The notes under the pieces were generated by a model. That model had not been told where the DNA came from. It was given only the letters and a program-made list of their open reading frames with translations, and searched no databases. Positions 11,129 through 21,476 of a stretch of 64,000 bases of DNA are shown in pieces; within the stretch, counting starts at the first letter, position 1, and every line of letters starts with the position of its first letter. The position numbers and the translations under genes are program-made. Origin of the DNA: Candidatus Latescibacterota bacterium (GTDB taxonomy: Bacteria > Latescibacterota > UBA2968); the NCBI GenBank assembly GCA_965198115.1, contig OZ240241.1, positions 6,240,001-6,304,000 on the forward strand. Direction: 5' to 3'.

Positions 11129-12085
11129 TTAGAACCAGTTTGCCTTGTCGACGACGTTTCGTAGCGTTTTGCCGGCGGCGAACCGTCTGGCGTTATCGAT
11201 GAACAGCTCCTGTCTACGCGTTTCGACAGATGCGGCGTCTTTGACGGCGATATGTGGCGTGAGGATGGCGTTCGGCTTTGCCCAGAGCGGATGGCCTTCG
11301 GGGAGGGGCTCGATTTCGTAGACGTCGAGCGCGCAGCCGGCGATCTGGCCGGTCTCGAGGGCCAGGTCGAGGTCCTGGAGTTTCGTCGTGGCGCCGCGTC
11401 CGATGTTGATGAAGAAGGCAGATGGCTTCATCAGCGCGAATCGATCGGCATTCCACATTCCTTCCGTCTCCGGTGTGTGCGGCGTTGCGACGATGACGAA
11501 GTCCGCTCTCGGTAAGAGAGTGTCGAGTTCGGACGGGTCGTGACGCTCGACGTTCGGCGTTTCGTGCTCCCAGCGCGCGTCGACGCCGAGCACCTCGGTC
11601 CTGAGCAATCGCGCGACTTCGTGGCCGATACCGCCGACACCAACGATGAGTGCGGTCGCCTCCGAGAGCTCGAAATAAGGGGTCGAGCGCGCGTCCTTAT
11701 CCCATTGTCCTGCCCGCTGAGCATCTACGTAGGCCGGAAGACCGCGGGCGAGTGCCAGGACATACATCAGAATGTGTTGGGCGATGTGGTCGTTGAATAC
11801 GCCGCGCGGGTTGGTGACGACGGCCGGATGCTCGATGAGTTCTGGATAGTAGTAGCCGGCTGCGGGTCCGGCCTGGGCACTCTGGATCCAGCGCAGCTGC
11901 CCGGCGACGGCCAGCGCGTCCGGTGGGACGACGCCATAGGCTGCATCGGCATCGACGATCTCACGGCGTGCGTCTTCGTCGGTCCCGGGCAGGACGATGT
12001 CGTAGTCAGGCAACTGGCCGCTCAGGATCGATTGCAACGCGCGGCTTCGGTCATCTTGCGGGGGCATCAGGAGGAGCTTTGGCAC
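11129..12085 (-). CDS. D-2-hydroxyacid dehydrogenase
   Basis: GVGGIG, INIGRG, LDVYEIEPLP, LTPH. Confidence 0.92.
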   Translation of the reverse strand: MPKLLLMPPQDDRSRALQSILSGQLPDYDIVLPGTDEDARREIVDADAAYGVVPPDALAVAGQLRWIQSAQAGPAAGYYYPELIEHPAVVTNPRGVFNDHIAQHILMYVLALARGLPAYVDAQRAGQWDKDARSTPYFELSEATALIVGVGGIGHEVARLLRTEVLGVDARWEHETPNVERHDPSELDTLLPRADFVIVATPHTPETEGMWNADRFALMKPSAFFINIGRGATTKLQDLDLALETGQIAGCALDVYEIEPLPEGHPLWAKPNAILTPHIAVKDAASVETRRQELFIDNARRFAAGKTLRNVVDKANWF

Positions 12086-12117
12086 GGGGTATTCCTTTCA
12101 CAATGAAGAACAAGGCT

Positions 12118-12181
12118 AACCACTGAGGACACGGAGGACACGGAGGGGGAGGTGGACTGGAGAATCGAGGCCCTATCGGGG
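12118..12181 (-). repeat. ~65-bp upstream element, copy 1
   Basis: AACCACTGAGGACACGGAGGACACGGAGGG...TCGAGGCCCTATCGGG; related copies at 17755, 41019, 42062 and 43286. Confidence 0.75.
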
Positions 12182-12272
12182 TTGTTGTCCGGTGGCATCC
12201 CCGGGTGCTGGGGGGAAATGAAAGGCCGGAAGGTCCTGTTGAAAAGGAGTCTGATGGGTGATCGAGAAAGTT

Positions 12273-12298
12273 TGCATCCTTTTGGGCGATTTGCCGTC
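12273..12298 (+). promoter_or_regulatory. Putative ECF sigma promoter (TGCATC-N16-CGTC)
   Basis: Resembles TGCAAC/CGTC-type ECF promoters; lies just upstream of the peptide-sigma operon. Confidence 0.5.
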
Positions 12299-12347
12299 TC
12301 CCTTGATGAAGACGTCAATGTCGATACACTCAGATAAGGAGGCGGAA

Positions 12348-12452
12348 ATGTCGTACGAAACGTTGTGGGAAGACCCTGACTTGGATGCGTACTGTGATGA
12401 TGGGTGCTGTGGTGGAGACGGAGGCTGCTGCGACGATGACAGTTGTTGCTGA
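12348..12452 (+). CDS. 34-aa Cys/Asp-rich peptide (metallothionein-like)
   Basis: RBS AAGGAGG then ATG; MSYETLWEDPDLDAYCDDGCCGGDGGCCDDDSCC, 7 Cys. Confidence 0.65.
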   Translation: MSYETLWEDPDLDAYCDDGCCGGDGGCCDDDSCC

Positions 12453-13059
12453 TCGAGCATTGACGCGCCGGGCGGGGCCCGTGTCGGACCGGATTTCGCA
12501 ATCCGCCGCGGGGGAGGAAGCCGTCTGGCGCGCCGCTCGCTCGGAGCTGGTGGGGTTCGTTCGCCCTCGTGTGAAAGATGACGCTTCTGCCGAGGATATC
12601 GTTCACGATGTCCTCGTGCGGGCGTATACGAGGCGCGATGAACTGCAGCATCCGCACAAGCTGCGCGCGTGGTTGTATCAGATTACGCGGAATGCTCTGG
12701 CCGACCACTACCGTCTTCGTGAAAAGAGACGGTTCGAACCCCTTCGCGACGATCTGCCCGATCCTGGTCCCGATTAGGAATGGTATTCAGAAATCGATCT
12801 GGTTCGATGCCTGCAGCCATTGTTGGATTCCCTGCCGAGTCACTATGCCGAGGCTCTGAGACTCGCGGAGATCGAAGGTCTGACGCAGGCTGAGGTTGCC
12901 CGTCGTCTTGGGTTGTCCCTGCCGGGGGCCAAGTCGCGGATACAGCGGGGACGCAAGATGCTGGCGGAGACGCTTCTGACGTGCTGCCACTTCGAGCTGG
13001 ATCAGCGGGGCGGCGTGATGGCGTTCGAGCGGCGAGAGGATTGTCGCTGCGGGTGTTGA
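12436..13059 (+). CDS. sigZ: ECF sigma factor, SigZ type, with in-frame TAG at 12775-12777
   Basis: AEDIVHDV, AWLYQITRNALADHYR, SLPGAKSRIQRGR and CCHFELD..CRCGC tail; both ORF halves are in the same frame. Confidence 0.85.
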
Positions 13060-13220
13060 AGTGCAACACGAAGGCGCGAAGAAGAGCAGGGTCGAATGCT
13101 GTGGACGGTAGACAGAGGACAGAAACTACCCTCCTTCGCCGCGTGGCTTCGACGAACAGGTGGCTTCGCCACTAAGCGTTGAGTCGATTTTTTTCGAGAA
13201 GCTCCAGGTGTGAAAGCAGG

Positions 13221-13253
13221 AGGGCCGTCACGGTGTGTGACGGCCCTTTTTGT
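13221..13253 (+). terminator. Intrinsic terminator
   Basis: AGGGCCGTCAC-loop-GTGACGGCCCT followed by a T tract, between convergent genes. Confidence 0.75.
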
Positions 13254-13276
13254 TGGTTGCATTGAGCGAGAAGCGA

Positions 13277-16200
13277 TCAGGCGGTACGGGCGGCAGCCAG
13301 GACGCGGCGGGCGGCTCCGGCGAGATCGTCCATCAGGGAATAGACGGTCGGGAGTAGGATCAGGGTCAGGAGTGTGGAGACAGAAAGGCCGGACACGATG
13401 ACGAGTCCGATGGGGCCCCAAATCCTGGCCTGGCCTTCGGCCGTTCCATACAGCATCGGGATGATCAAGGGCGTCAGACCGAGGATCGTCGTGGAGGCGG
13501 TCATGAGGATCGGGCGGATACGGTCCTGACCCCCCTGCACGATGGCATCGCGTCGATGATATCCCTGTTTGCGATATCGGTTGATGTGATCGATCAGGAC
13601 GATGCCGTTGTTGACGACGATGCCGAAGAGGATGAGCAAGCCGTAGGTCGCGTTCGAGTCGAGGGCCGTGTCGGTCAGGTAGAGGCCCGCGGCGACGCCC
13701 GTGAAAGCGAATGTGATCGCGAACATGATCGTGAACGGGTGAACGTAGGATTCGAACAGCGAAGCCATAATGATGTAGATCAGGATGGCGGCCAAGACGA
13801 GCGTAAAATCGGTCTCGCCGACTTCCTCGGCCATCCGTCTGAAGCGTCGGTCCATCTGCCACTCGTATCCAGATGGCAAGGCGATTTCCTGCATTCGCTT
13901 GGACATCTCCCGTCCGACCGAGAGACGGTCCTTCTGGTCGGTGTTGGCGAAGACCTCGACCGTCGACATCCGGTTCTGGCGCTCGATCGTATCGGGACCT
14001 CTGCGAAGCGCGAAGCTGGCGAGGGAGCCGAGTGAGACCATGTCGCCTTCGTCGGTCTCGAACGTGGCATTGCGAAGCTGGCTCAGCGTGGCACGATCTT
14101 CTTCGCGGAGCTGGACAGTGATGTCGATCTCACCATCTTCCGTTTTGTACTTGCTGCTCCCCCTCGTACCGAGCGACGTGGCGATGTCGGACGCGATCCG
14201 TCGTGGAGAGAGCCCGTAGCGACTCGCGCGTGTCCGGTTGACGCTGACGCGGATTTCCTCGGCGCCACTTTCCAAACTCGTTTCGAGGAGGTGGACGTCC
14301 TCGATGTCCTCCATCCGCCGTCGAATGTCCTCTGCGAGCACCGCGAGGACACTCGCACTGCGGCCCCGAAGTTCGACACCCACGCCCGATGCGGACCCCC
14401 CACGCGACCCTCCCGCCTTGAAACGAATGCCGGGTTCGTCGGTCGGGAGGAGGGCGAGCACTTTCTTTTTCACCTCGTCCGTCGTGAGGGTGCTCTTGTC
14501 GGCTTCTATCAAGTTGAGCGAAATCCGACTTCCCCACCTGTCGCTGAAGCGGGTTCGGACGGATTCGATGTCGAGCGTTTCTTTGATGGGTATAATGATG
14601 TTTTCGATCTTCGTGAAGAGGGCGAGCGTCTTTTCGAGCCCGAAGCTTCGGGGCGTTTCCACAGTAAAGTCGACACGACGTGAAGACTGCCAGCGGAAAG
14701 GCCGCTTCTCGACTTGGGAATAGAGTTCGAAACCCAATCCGAGGACAATGCAGGCGATGGCGACAGTGGTCCATCGGTAGTGAAGGGTCCGTTCGATCAT
14801 GCGCGCGTATAAACCGCGAAGGCTGGATCCCCGAAAGTGCCGCTTGAGCAGGACGGTTACCACAGCCAGCCCCCCGAGTACCCACCACACAACCACGTTG
14901 GTCGCCGCGAGGGCAGACGCTATGGTGGATGACCATTCACGGATCGAGGTCTCCGTCGCTACCCATCCAGCGTCGTAGACGAGATAGGTCAGACTGGCGA
15001 CGGCGGTTGACCCGAGAGCCCACTTGAGACGGCGGTCGCTCTTTCCTGTCCCCTCGCGAAAGGCCCTCGATCCTGCCAATGGAATCAGGGTGAGGGCCAC
15101 ACATAGAGAGGCGACGACAGCGATCACGACCGTGACGGCGAAATCCTGCATCCACATCGATCGACCCGACCCTGCCGTGAAGACGAGGGGAACGAAGACG
15201 CAAACGGTGGTCATTGCCGCAGCGAGGATGGGAATGCCGATTTCGTGGCTGCCTTCGATGGCAGCCGATTCGGCGTCACGACCCTGATCGAAGCGTTTGC
15301 GATAGATGTTCTCGAGTGCGACGACCGCCGGGTCGACGAGCATTCCGATGGAGACCATCAGGCCCATCATCGAGACCATATTCAGCGTGATCGAGGACTC
15401 GAAGAATTGCCGGAGCAGATACATGATGGTGAAGACGGCGAGTGCCGACACGGGTATCGACATTCCGATGACCAGAGTGCTCCGGAAATTGCGCAGGAAC
15501 AGGTAGATGATGGAAATGGCGAGGAAACCGCCCAGCACGGCGGACAGTCCGAGGTCCTGAATACCTTTGGTGACGCGAACGGACTGGTCGCGGCTGAGGT
15601 GAACTTTGAGAAGGTCACGACCGATGTCGTCGTTGATGAGCTCCATCTCGGCTTTTACACGATTGGCCGTTTCGACCAGGTTCGCGGTGGACGACTTTCG
15701 GACTTCGATGGAGACGGCGTTGCGTCCGTCGATGCGCTCGTAGTAGCGCCGTTCGGGATAGTCGTAGGTGACGTCGGCGATGTCGTCCAGGACGAGGTCC
15801 TGCACGATCGGCAGCTGGCGTATCTGGGAAACGGTCTGGAATTCGCCGATCGAACGGACAGCCATCCGGCGTCCACCGTCCCTGACGAAGCCTGCCGAGA
15901 CGTTGATGTTGTTGTTTCGAATCGCCCGGTTGAGCGTGCGGATGTCCAGGTTGTGGGATCGCATCGAACCCTGGTCGACTTGAACGAGCAGGGCCTTGTC
16001 GTCGACTCCTTCGATTTCTACGCTGCCCACGCCCTCGATGCGCTGGAGCCGGGGAAGAATCGTGTGCTTGTAGGCGGTCATCAGCTCCGATTGATCTTCT
16101 CCGAGCCAGGTCATGCGGTAGTCGAGGATCTCCCAGTCATCGGAGCTCCAGCGTCGGGTTTCAATGCGCTCGACATCTTCCGGGAGCTGGGGTCGCACGA

Positions 16201-16540
16201 TGTCGAGTCGGTCACGGACGCGGATGGCCATCAGGTCCATGTCGGTCCCGAAGGCGAATTCCATCCGAACGGAGGAGCGATTGCCGTAGCTGCGGGAGCT
16301 GATCGCTTTGACGCCGGAGAGGGTGGCCATCACTTCTTCGATGGGCCGGCTGATATCCCGCTCGACCTCCTCGGGAGAGGAAGAGGGATAATTCACGCTG
16401 ACATACATCGACGGCCAGTTCAGGTCGGGCGCGTATTCGAGAGGGATTCGGAAGAGGGAGATAAAGCCGAGCACGACGAGGCTCAGGGTGCACATCACCG
16501 TTGTAATCGGCTTTCGGATCGCGTTTTCTGAGAGTTTCAA
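13277..16540 (-). CDS. RND efflux permease (AcrB/SwrC-like)
   Basis: ~1090 aa; GMLVDPAVVALENI, GIVVNNGIVLID, RIRPILMT. Confidence 0.93.
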   Translation of the reverse strand: MKLSENAIRKPITTVMCTLSLVVLGFISLFRIPLEYAPDLNWPSMYVSVNYPSSSPEEVERDISRPIEEVMATLSGVKAISSRSYGNRSSVRMEFAFGTDMDLMAIRVRDRLDIVRPQLPEDVERIETRRWSSDDWEILDYRMTWLGEDQSELMTAYKHTILPRLQRIEGVGSVEIEGVDDKALLVQVDQGSMRSHNLDIRTLNRAIRNNNINVSAGFVRDGGRRMAVRSIGEFQTVSQIRQLPIVQDLVLDDIADVTYDYPERRYYERIDGRNAVSIEVRKSSTANLVETANRVKAEMELINDDIGRDLLKVHLSRDQSVRVTKGIQDLGLSAVLGGFLAISIIYLFLRNFRSTLVIGMSIPVSALAVFTIMYLLRQFFESSITLNMVSMMGLMVSIGMLVDPAVVALENIYRKRFDQGRDAESAAIEGSHEIGIPILAAAMTTVCVFVPLVFTAGSGRSMWMQDFAVTVVIAVVASLCVALTLIPLAGSRAFREGTGKSDRRLKWALGSTAVASLTYLVYDAGWVATETSIREWSSTIASALAATNVVVWWVLGGLAVVTVLLKRHFRGSSLRGLYARMIERTLHYRWTTVAIACIVLGLGFELYSQVEKRPFRWQSSRRVDFTVETPRSFGLEKTLALFTKIENIIIPIKETLDIESVRTRFSDRWGSRISLNLIEADKSTLTTDEVKKKVLALLPTDEPGIRFKAGGSRGGSASGVGVELRGRSASVLAVLAEDIRRRMEDIEDVHLLETSLESGAEEIRVSVNRTRASRYGLSPRRIASDIATSLGTRGSSKYKTEDGEIDITVQLREEDRATLSQLRNATFETDEGDMVSLGSLASFALRRGPDTIERQNRMSTVEVFANTDQKDRLSVGREMSKRMQEIALPSGYEWQMDRRFRRMAEEVGETDFTLVLAAILIYIIMASLFESYVHPFTIMFAITFAFTGVAAGLYLTDTALDSNATYGLLILFGIVVNNGIVLIDHINRYRKQGYHRRDAIVQGGQDRIRPILMTASTTILGLTPLIIPMLYGTAEGQARIWGPIGLVIVSGLSVSTLLTLILLPTVYSLMDDLAGAARRVLAAARTA

Positions 16541-16617
16541 GGTTACCCTTTCTGGGTGCAAGTAAAGACTTACTTACAAGATCGGCATGCCCTGTGCGGC
16601 TGTCAACCCCCAATCTG

Positions 16618-17727
16618 TCACTTGAAATGGCCCGAAATGGCCCCAAACTGGTCGTGGCTGGGCCCTGTATAGATCATGATGAAGTCCCGACCCTCGTCGC
16701 TCAGCCATTTATTCGAGAAATTGTAGAACACGTTCTTGTATCCGTGCTGGAGACCGAGATCCCACGCGTTCTGGCAGAGCACCTCGGTCCACGGGCCCCA
16801 GGGCTCGGGTGCGTCGTAGATGCCGAGATGACCGTTTCGGATGTCCCACCGGCTAATCTGCTGCGACATCAGCAGGTATCGTCCGAGACCGCGATTGTAG
16901 CTGACGCTGGACCTCATCAGACCCCGTCCCCGGTCTTCGAAGGCGGGCTGCCTTGCCTCGATGTCGGAAGACCAAGCGGGTCGACCGTCCTTTTCCAGTC
17001 CAGCGAAGTATTCGTAATCGTTCGGACGCTCGATTCTGTTTCGATCGACTCGGATTAGGGTCAGATGACCCGGAATCTGCACTTCCCACCCTTCGTCGAC
17101 GCTCACCTCGGGCGCATACATATAGACGTAGTCGTCACGGGAGCCGGCGTAGTCGCGTCCAAAGTTGCAGAAGGTAGGGGCAAAGAAGCCACGCCTGTTG
17201 GCGAAGAGCTCCCTGGCATAGCGGACGCCCGTGAACCACCACGTCGCGCAATAGTCATCGGATACATAGAGTTCGCTGAAGGCCACGTGCAGGGGATGAC
17301 TATCGCCGATTCGCCAGGCATAGATTTTCCCGTCGATGGCCAGCATCCCGTAGCATTTACCGTTTCCTTTAACGTTGCCGAAACCGGGGGCGTCGAAGAC
17401 CGGATCGGACGGGTGTTCGGAATCCTTGCCCCCGCTGACGTTGCGAACGGTGAAGTCGGGGAAATCGCCTTCGATGCGGCCGAATCCGAATCCGACGCGG
17501 TCGGATCCGTTCTGCTCCTGCATATCGAGTGCGCCGAAGCCGACGCCGTCCCCCCAGCTGACGTACTGATGATCGTCGTCCGCCCAGGTGACGACCCAGT
17601 TGTCGCTGCCGAGACCGTCAGTGCGGATACTGCTGAAGTCGAAAACGACGTCCTGGATGACGGGGTTTTTTTCGAAGTCGGTCGTTGGCCTGAAACGGGC
17701 GTCGATTTCTTGTTCCGTTGAATTCAT
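16618..17727 (-). CDS. DUF4185-like predicted beta-propeller protein
   Basis: SDNWVVTWADD..WGDG.GF, DDYVYMY and DAPEPWGPW motifs. Confidence 0.6.
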   Translation of the reverse strand: MNSTEQEIDARFRPTTDFEKNPVIQDVVFDFSSIRTDGLGSDNWVVTWADDDHQYVSWGDGVGFGALDMQEQNGSDRVGFGFGRIEGDFPDFTVRNVSGGKDSEHPSDPVFDAPGFGNVKGNGKCYGMLAIDGKIYAWRIGDSHPLHVAFSELYVSDDYCATWWFTGVRYARELFANRRGFFAPTFCNFGRDYAGSRDDYVYMYAPEVSVDEGWEVQIPGHLTLIRVDRNRIERPNDYEYFAGLEKDGRPAWSSDIEARQPAFEDRGRGLMRSSVSYNRGLGRYLLMSQQISRWDIRNGHLGIYDAPEPWGPWTEVLCQNAWDLGLQHGYKNVFYNFSNKWLSDEGRDFIMIYTGPSHDQFGAISGHFK

Positions 17728-17754
17728 TAGGAACCCCGATAACACAAAGACAGG

Positions 17755-17815
17755 GACCACGGACCACACGGAATACACGGAAGGTGAGTCTGGAGGTTCG
17801 AGGTCCTATTCGGAG
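17755..17815 (-). repeat. ~65-bp upstream element, copy 2
   Basis: GACCACGGACCACACGGAATACACGGAAGG...CTGGAGGTTCGAGGTCCTATTCGG. Confidence 0.65.
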
Positions 17816-17908
17816 AGGGGCTCCCTGTATACCCGAGGAAAGGCAGATACGGGAACCACCTCTCACGTTCGTTCGAGGCAGACTCCTTACACGAAAGAGC
17901 ACACTGTT

Positions 17909-17991
17909 TGTCATCCCGGCAGGTTTGAGGCCGGGATCCATTTTCACCTCACAATATAAATGGACACCGGCCAAGAAGTAACGGGGTGACA
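17909..17991. repeat. REP-like inverted doublet
   Basis: TGTCATCCCGGC..GCCGGGATCCA paired with TGGACACCGGCC..CGGGGTGACA. Confidence 0.6.
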
Positions 17992-18056
17992 GTGCCTATC
18001 CCGCAGTCAATGATGGCGGTGACTCCTCATCGACAGGACTTAAGGAAGCATCTGCG

Positions 18057-18761
18057 ATGGATCAAGTCGAGCGACTGAGAAAAGGACTCGAATCGGGACG
18101 CGCGAAGGAGCGTCAGCGTGCAATTGGCCGGACAGTTGGGAAACGGGGTGGGGCGGTCGTTCGGCACGTGAATGACTCTCGCGTGATTCCTCATCTGAGG
18201 CGGGCCTTGAAGGACCCGAATCTGTTCGTTCGACGTGCGGCGCTCGCGTTGAGACCCTGGATCGAGGAGCAGCCGGATCTCTTCGAGCACGTGCTGCCGG
18301 AGTACGCGATTCAGGTTTTCGATGGGAACTACACGCACGTGGGTATGCTCGACACGCGAGATGGTGAAATCTGGATTCCGCCTCTTGCTGCACTCGGAGG
18401 ACACGCGGCGATGATGGCCGATAGGAATACCGACCGTTACTTCAAGTTCCAGTTCTACGTGCCGAATCAATCACCGCCGAGGTTGAAGAAGAAGGGAACC
18501 GAGGGCGATGCCCATTTGCTGATCACGTTCATCACGGACTGGTGTTATACTGCGCAGACGCTGATCGAACCGACGGATTCAGCACAGATCGATCGAAATA
18601 TTCGCGAGCAGGAGGGCTACGAGCGGGCGGTGGTGACCTTTTATCGAGATAGCAACCTGCGATTCGGCGTGACGATTCACCGCGAGGTTCACTGCACAGG
18701 ACGGGGACCGACGCACCTGCTCGCGATTGACCGGATTTCACGGAGGGAAACCGAACGTTGA
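18057..18761 (+). CDS. Hypothetical protein with an N-terminal HEAT-like repeat
   Basis: VIPHLRRALKDPNLFVRRAALAL; RBS AAGGA. Confidence 0.65.
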   Translation: MDQVERLRKGLESGRAKERQRAIGRTVGKRGGAVVRHVNDSRVIPHLRRALKDPNLFVRRAALALRPWIEEQPDLFEHVLPEYAIQVFDGNYTHVGMLDTRDGEIWIPPLAALGGHAAMMADRNTDRYFKFQFYVPNQSPPRLKKKGTEGDAHLLITFITDWCYTAQTLIEPTDSAQIDRNIREQEGYERAVVTFYRDSNLRFGVTIHREVHCTGRGPTHLLAIDRISRRETER

Positions 18762-18819
18762 ACGGGTTCGATCGCATTGGCCCGAGATCGACACGCGTGC
18801 ACTTTTGGGGCGTTGGACT

Positions 18820-19907
18820 GTGACTCCTGGCATTCCAGCCCAGCTGGGGGAGATCGAGCCCGACTGGCTCAATCGGGTGCTTCCAGACCTTGCCGAGGGG
18901 ACATCCGTCGTGACGTGTAAGGTGGAGGAGATCGGCGCGGGACTCGGTTTCACCGGACAGATCGGTCGCGTGCATCTAACCTATACGGTGGATGGCGCCA
19001 GGCCGACATCCGTCATCGTGAAGCTACCGTCTACGAAGCAGCAGGTCAGCGATTGGTACTGGCAGGGCGGTCAGAACATTTATTCGAACGAGATCGCGTT
19101 CTATCGCGAAATTGCTACGACCGTCGATCTCAGGATTCCGGAGGCGTATTACGGAGACGTGGATTTCGATGCACGTCGTGCGATCCTTCTTCTCGAAGAT
19201 CTGTCACCGGCGAGCTCCGGCGACCAGATTGGAGGTTGTTCACCCGAAGAGGCGAGGGATGTCGTTTCTGCGATGGCGGGCTTCCACACCACGTATTGGG
19301 AATCTCCACGCCTGGACAAGCTCGATTGGCTGTGGCCCTACGCGGGAAAGGGCTACGCTCTGCGTCACGAGCGCTACCAGGCCGCTTATCCAGACTTCGT
19401 GAACCACTTCAGTGACGTTGGGTCCAGGGCGCTTGAAATCGCGGAGTGGTTAACGACACGCGGCTACGATCTGCGAGAAGCGGTCGGTCGGAGACCCAGG
19501 ACGATTGTCCACGGGGATCTGCGTCTCGACAATCTGTTCCTTCTGTATGGAGATGTGGCCGTGATCGACTGACAAGGGACGCGTATGGGTCCCGGCATCT
19601 GGGACGTTGCTCACTTCGGGCTCAGAGTCTTAATCCGGATGAGCGAAGGAAACGTGAATCAGGGTTGATCGACCGGTATCACTCTGTGCTGATGAGTCGG
19701 GGGATTGCCACCTCGCGAGCGGATCTGGGTCGAGACTATCGACTTGCGATGTTGACGCAAATGGTCAAACTCGTCGTGGGTAGTGTGCATCTTCCGGCTG
19801 AAGATGAACGGGCCGCGAGGCTTGGCGAAGTCTACCGACACCGTGTGGGTTCGGCTGTGGCGGACAGCTGGGACGAGCCTCTTTTGCGAGATGAGGGATT
19901 GCTATGA
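18820..19907 (+). pseudogene. Aminoglycoside/choline-kinase-like phosphotransferase, internal TGA (19570) and a frameshift
   Basis: VIVKLP, EIAFY, LLLEDL, HGDLRLDN; the IDWQ motif reads ID*Q. Confidence 0.8.
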
Positions 19908-21367
19908 AATGGATCGTCGGTGGATTCTCACACGAGACGAACACGTTTTCAACGATTCCAACCGACCTGGATGCGTTCAAGGCCCGCAGTTTCGGGATTG
20001 GGGATGAGGTTCGCGCAAAGCTCGGGGGTACGCGAACAGCGATTGGCGGGTTTCTGGATGTGATCGACGGCCGTGGGGATGACGCGGCGCTGACGGTCGC
20101 GGCGAGTGCGACGCCCTCAGGAAAGGTAGCGACGGACGCGTTCGATACGATCACGGGATATCTCGTCGATGGTGTGAGGGCGAATCCGGATGCGGACGGG
20201 ATCCTGCTGTCATTGCACGGAGCGATGGTTGCGGAGTGCACGGACGACGGTGAAGGCGAGACGCTGACACGTGTGCGTGCCGCGGCCGGCGATGAAATGC
20301 CGATTGTTGTGGTGCTGGATCTTCATTCGCACATCACTGAGACGATGGTGGAAAAGGCAACGGCCATCATCGGGTTCCAGAAATATCCGCACACGGATCC
20401 GGTCGACCGAGGTGTCGATGCGGCAAAACTGATCGTAAAGGTGGTCGAGAGCACGGCGAGTCCGGTTGCAGCGCTCGAGAAGCCAGCGATGATTCCGGTC
20501 TGTGGTACGTGCAACACGGAGTTCGGGCTTTACAAGGGGCTGTGGGAAGAGGCCTTGAGGCCCGATCGTCCGAAGGAGATCCTCGCCTCATCCCTGTTTG
20601 CGGGTTTCAGCTATGCGGATATTCCCCATATGGGATATGCCGTGCTCGTGTATGCCGATGGGGATGGGACGGTCGCGAGGGAGGAGGCGAAACGGCTGGC
20701 CGATTCGGCCTGGGAGGGACGTGAGGCTTTCCGCTACGAGCCGACCTCGGTCGCGGATGCCGTGACCCGGGCGCGAGAAGCCGCCGAAAAGCCGGTGGTC
20801 ATCAACGATATGGCAGACAATCCAGGCGGTGGGGGGTCGAATGACAGTGTTGCGATTCTGCGGGAGCTGATCGCCCAGGGCGTGACGAGCGCTGCGGTCG
20901 GGACGATCTACGATCCTGAGGTCGTCTACGCGTGCGAACAGGCCGGCGTTGGGAATCCGATCCAGACGACGCTTGGCGCGAAGTCGGATGACTCGCACGG
21001 TGAACCCGTCGAGATCGAGGGCCGTGTCCGTCTGATCTACGACGGCCGTTTCATCTACAAGGGGCCGATGAGCCAGGGTGCCCCCGGCTCGATCGGAAAG
21101 GCGGCCGTAATCGACGTGAACGGGATCCAGGTCATCGCGTGCAGCCATCGCGCGCAGACACTCGACCCCGAGGTTTTCCGGTCGGCAGGGATCGAGCCGA
21201 ATGATGTCGATATCGTGGTCGTCAAGTCAGCGGTCCACTTCCGCGCCGGCTTCGCTCCCGTGGCTAAGGAGATCATCACCGCGGACGGCCCTGGATTGAC
21301 CTCGCTGGACTTGTCGATTTTTCCGTGGACGAACATCCGTCGCCCACTTTGGCCGATTGACGACTGA
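19904..21367 (+). CDS. M81 family metallopeptidase (MlrC-like)
   Basis: HETNTFS, LHGAM, DLHSH, YPHTD, DNPGGG, VKSAVHFRA. Confidence 0.93.
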   Translation: MKWIVGGFSHETNTFSTIPTDLDAFKARSFGIGDEVRAKLGGTRTAIGGFLDVIDGRGDDAALTVAASATPSGKVATDAFDTITGYLVDGVRANPDADGILLSLHGAMVAECTDDGEGETLTRVRAAAGDEMPIVVVLDLHSHITETMVEKATAIIGFQKYPHTDPVDRGVDAAKLIVKVVESTASPVAALEKPAMIPVCGTCNTEFGLYKGLWEEALRPDRPKEILASSLFAGFSYADIPHMGYAVLVYADGDGTVAREEAKRLADSAWEGREAFRYEPTSVADAVTRAREAAEKPVVINDMADNPGGGGSNDSVAILRELIAQGVTSAAVGTIYDPEVVYACEQAGVGNPIQTTLGAKSDDSHGEPVEIEGRVRLIYDGRFIYKGPMSQGAPGSIGKAAVIDVNGIQVIACSHRAQTLDPEVFRSAGIEPNDVDIVVVKSAVHFRAGFAPVAKEIITADGPGLTSLDLSIFPWTNIRRPLWPIDD

Positions 21368-21476
21368 AAGACAGCCACTGAGAGCACTGAGAAATTCAGA
21401 GGCGTGGGAATACGCGAGCGTGATCCCACTCAGCGATCTCAGTGGCTAAGCTTCGATTTCGGATAGGATGTTACTG

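Noticed and set aside
15245-16531. Long antisense ORFs (also 41887-43392, 51666-52724, 59034-60110)
   Set aside because: Shadows of real genes on the opposite strand caused by GC-rich codon bias; no motifs
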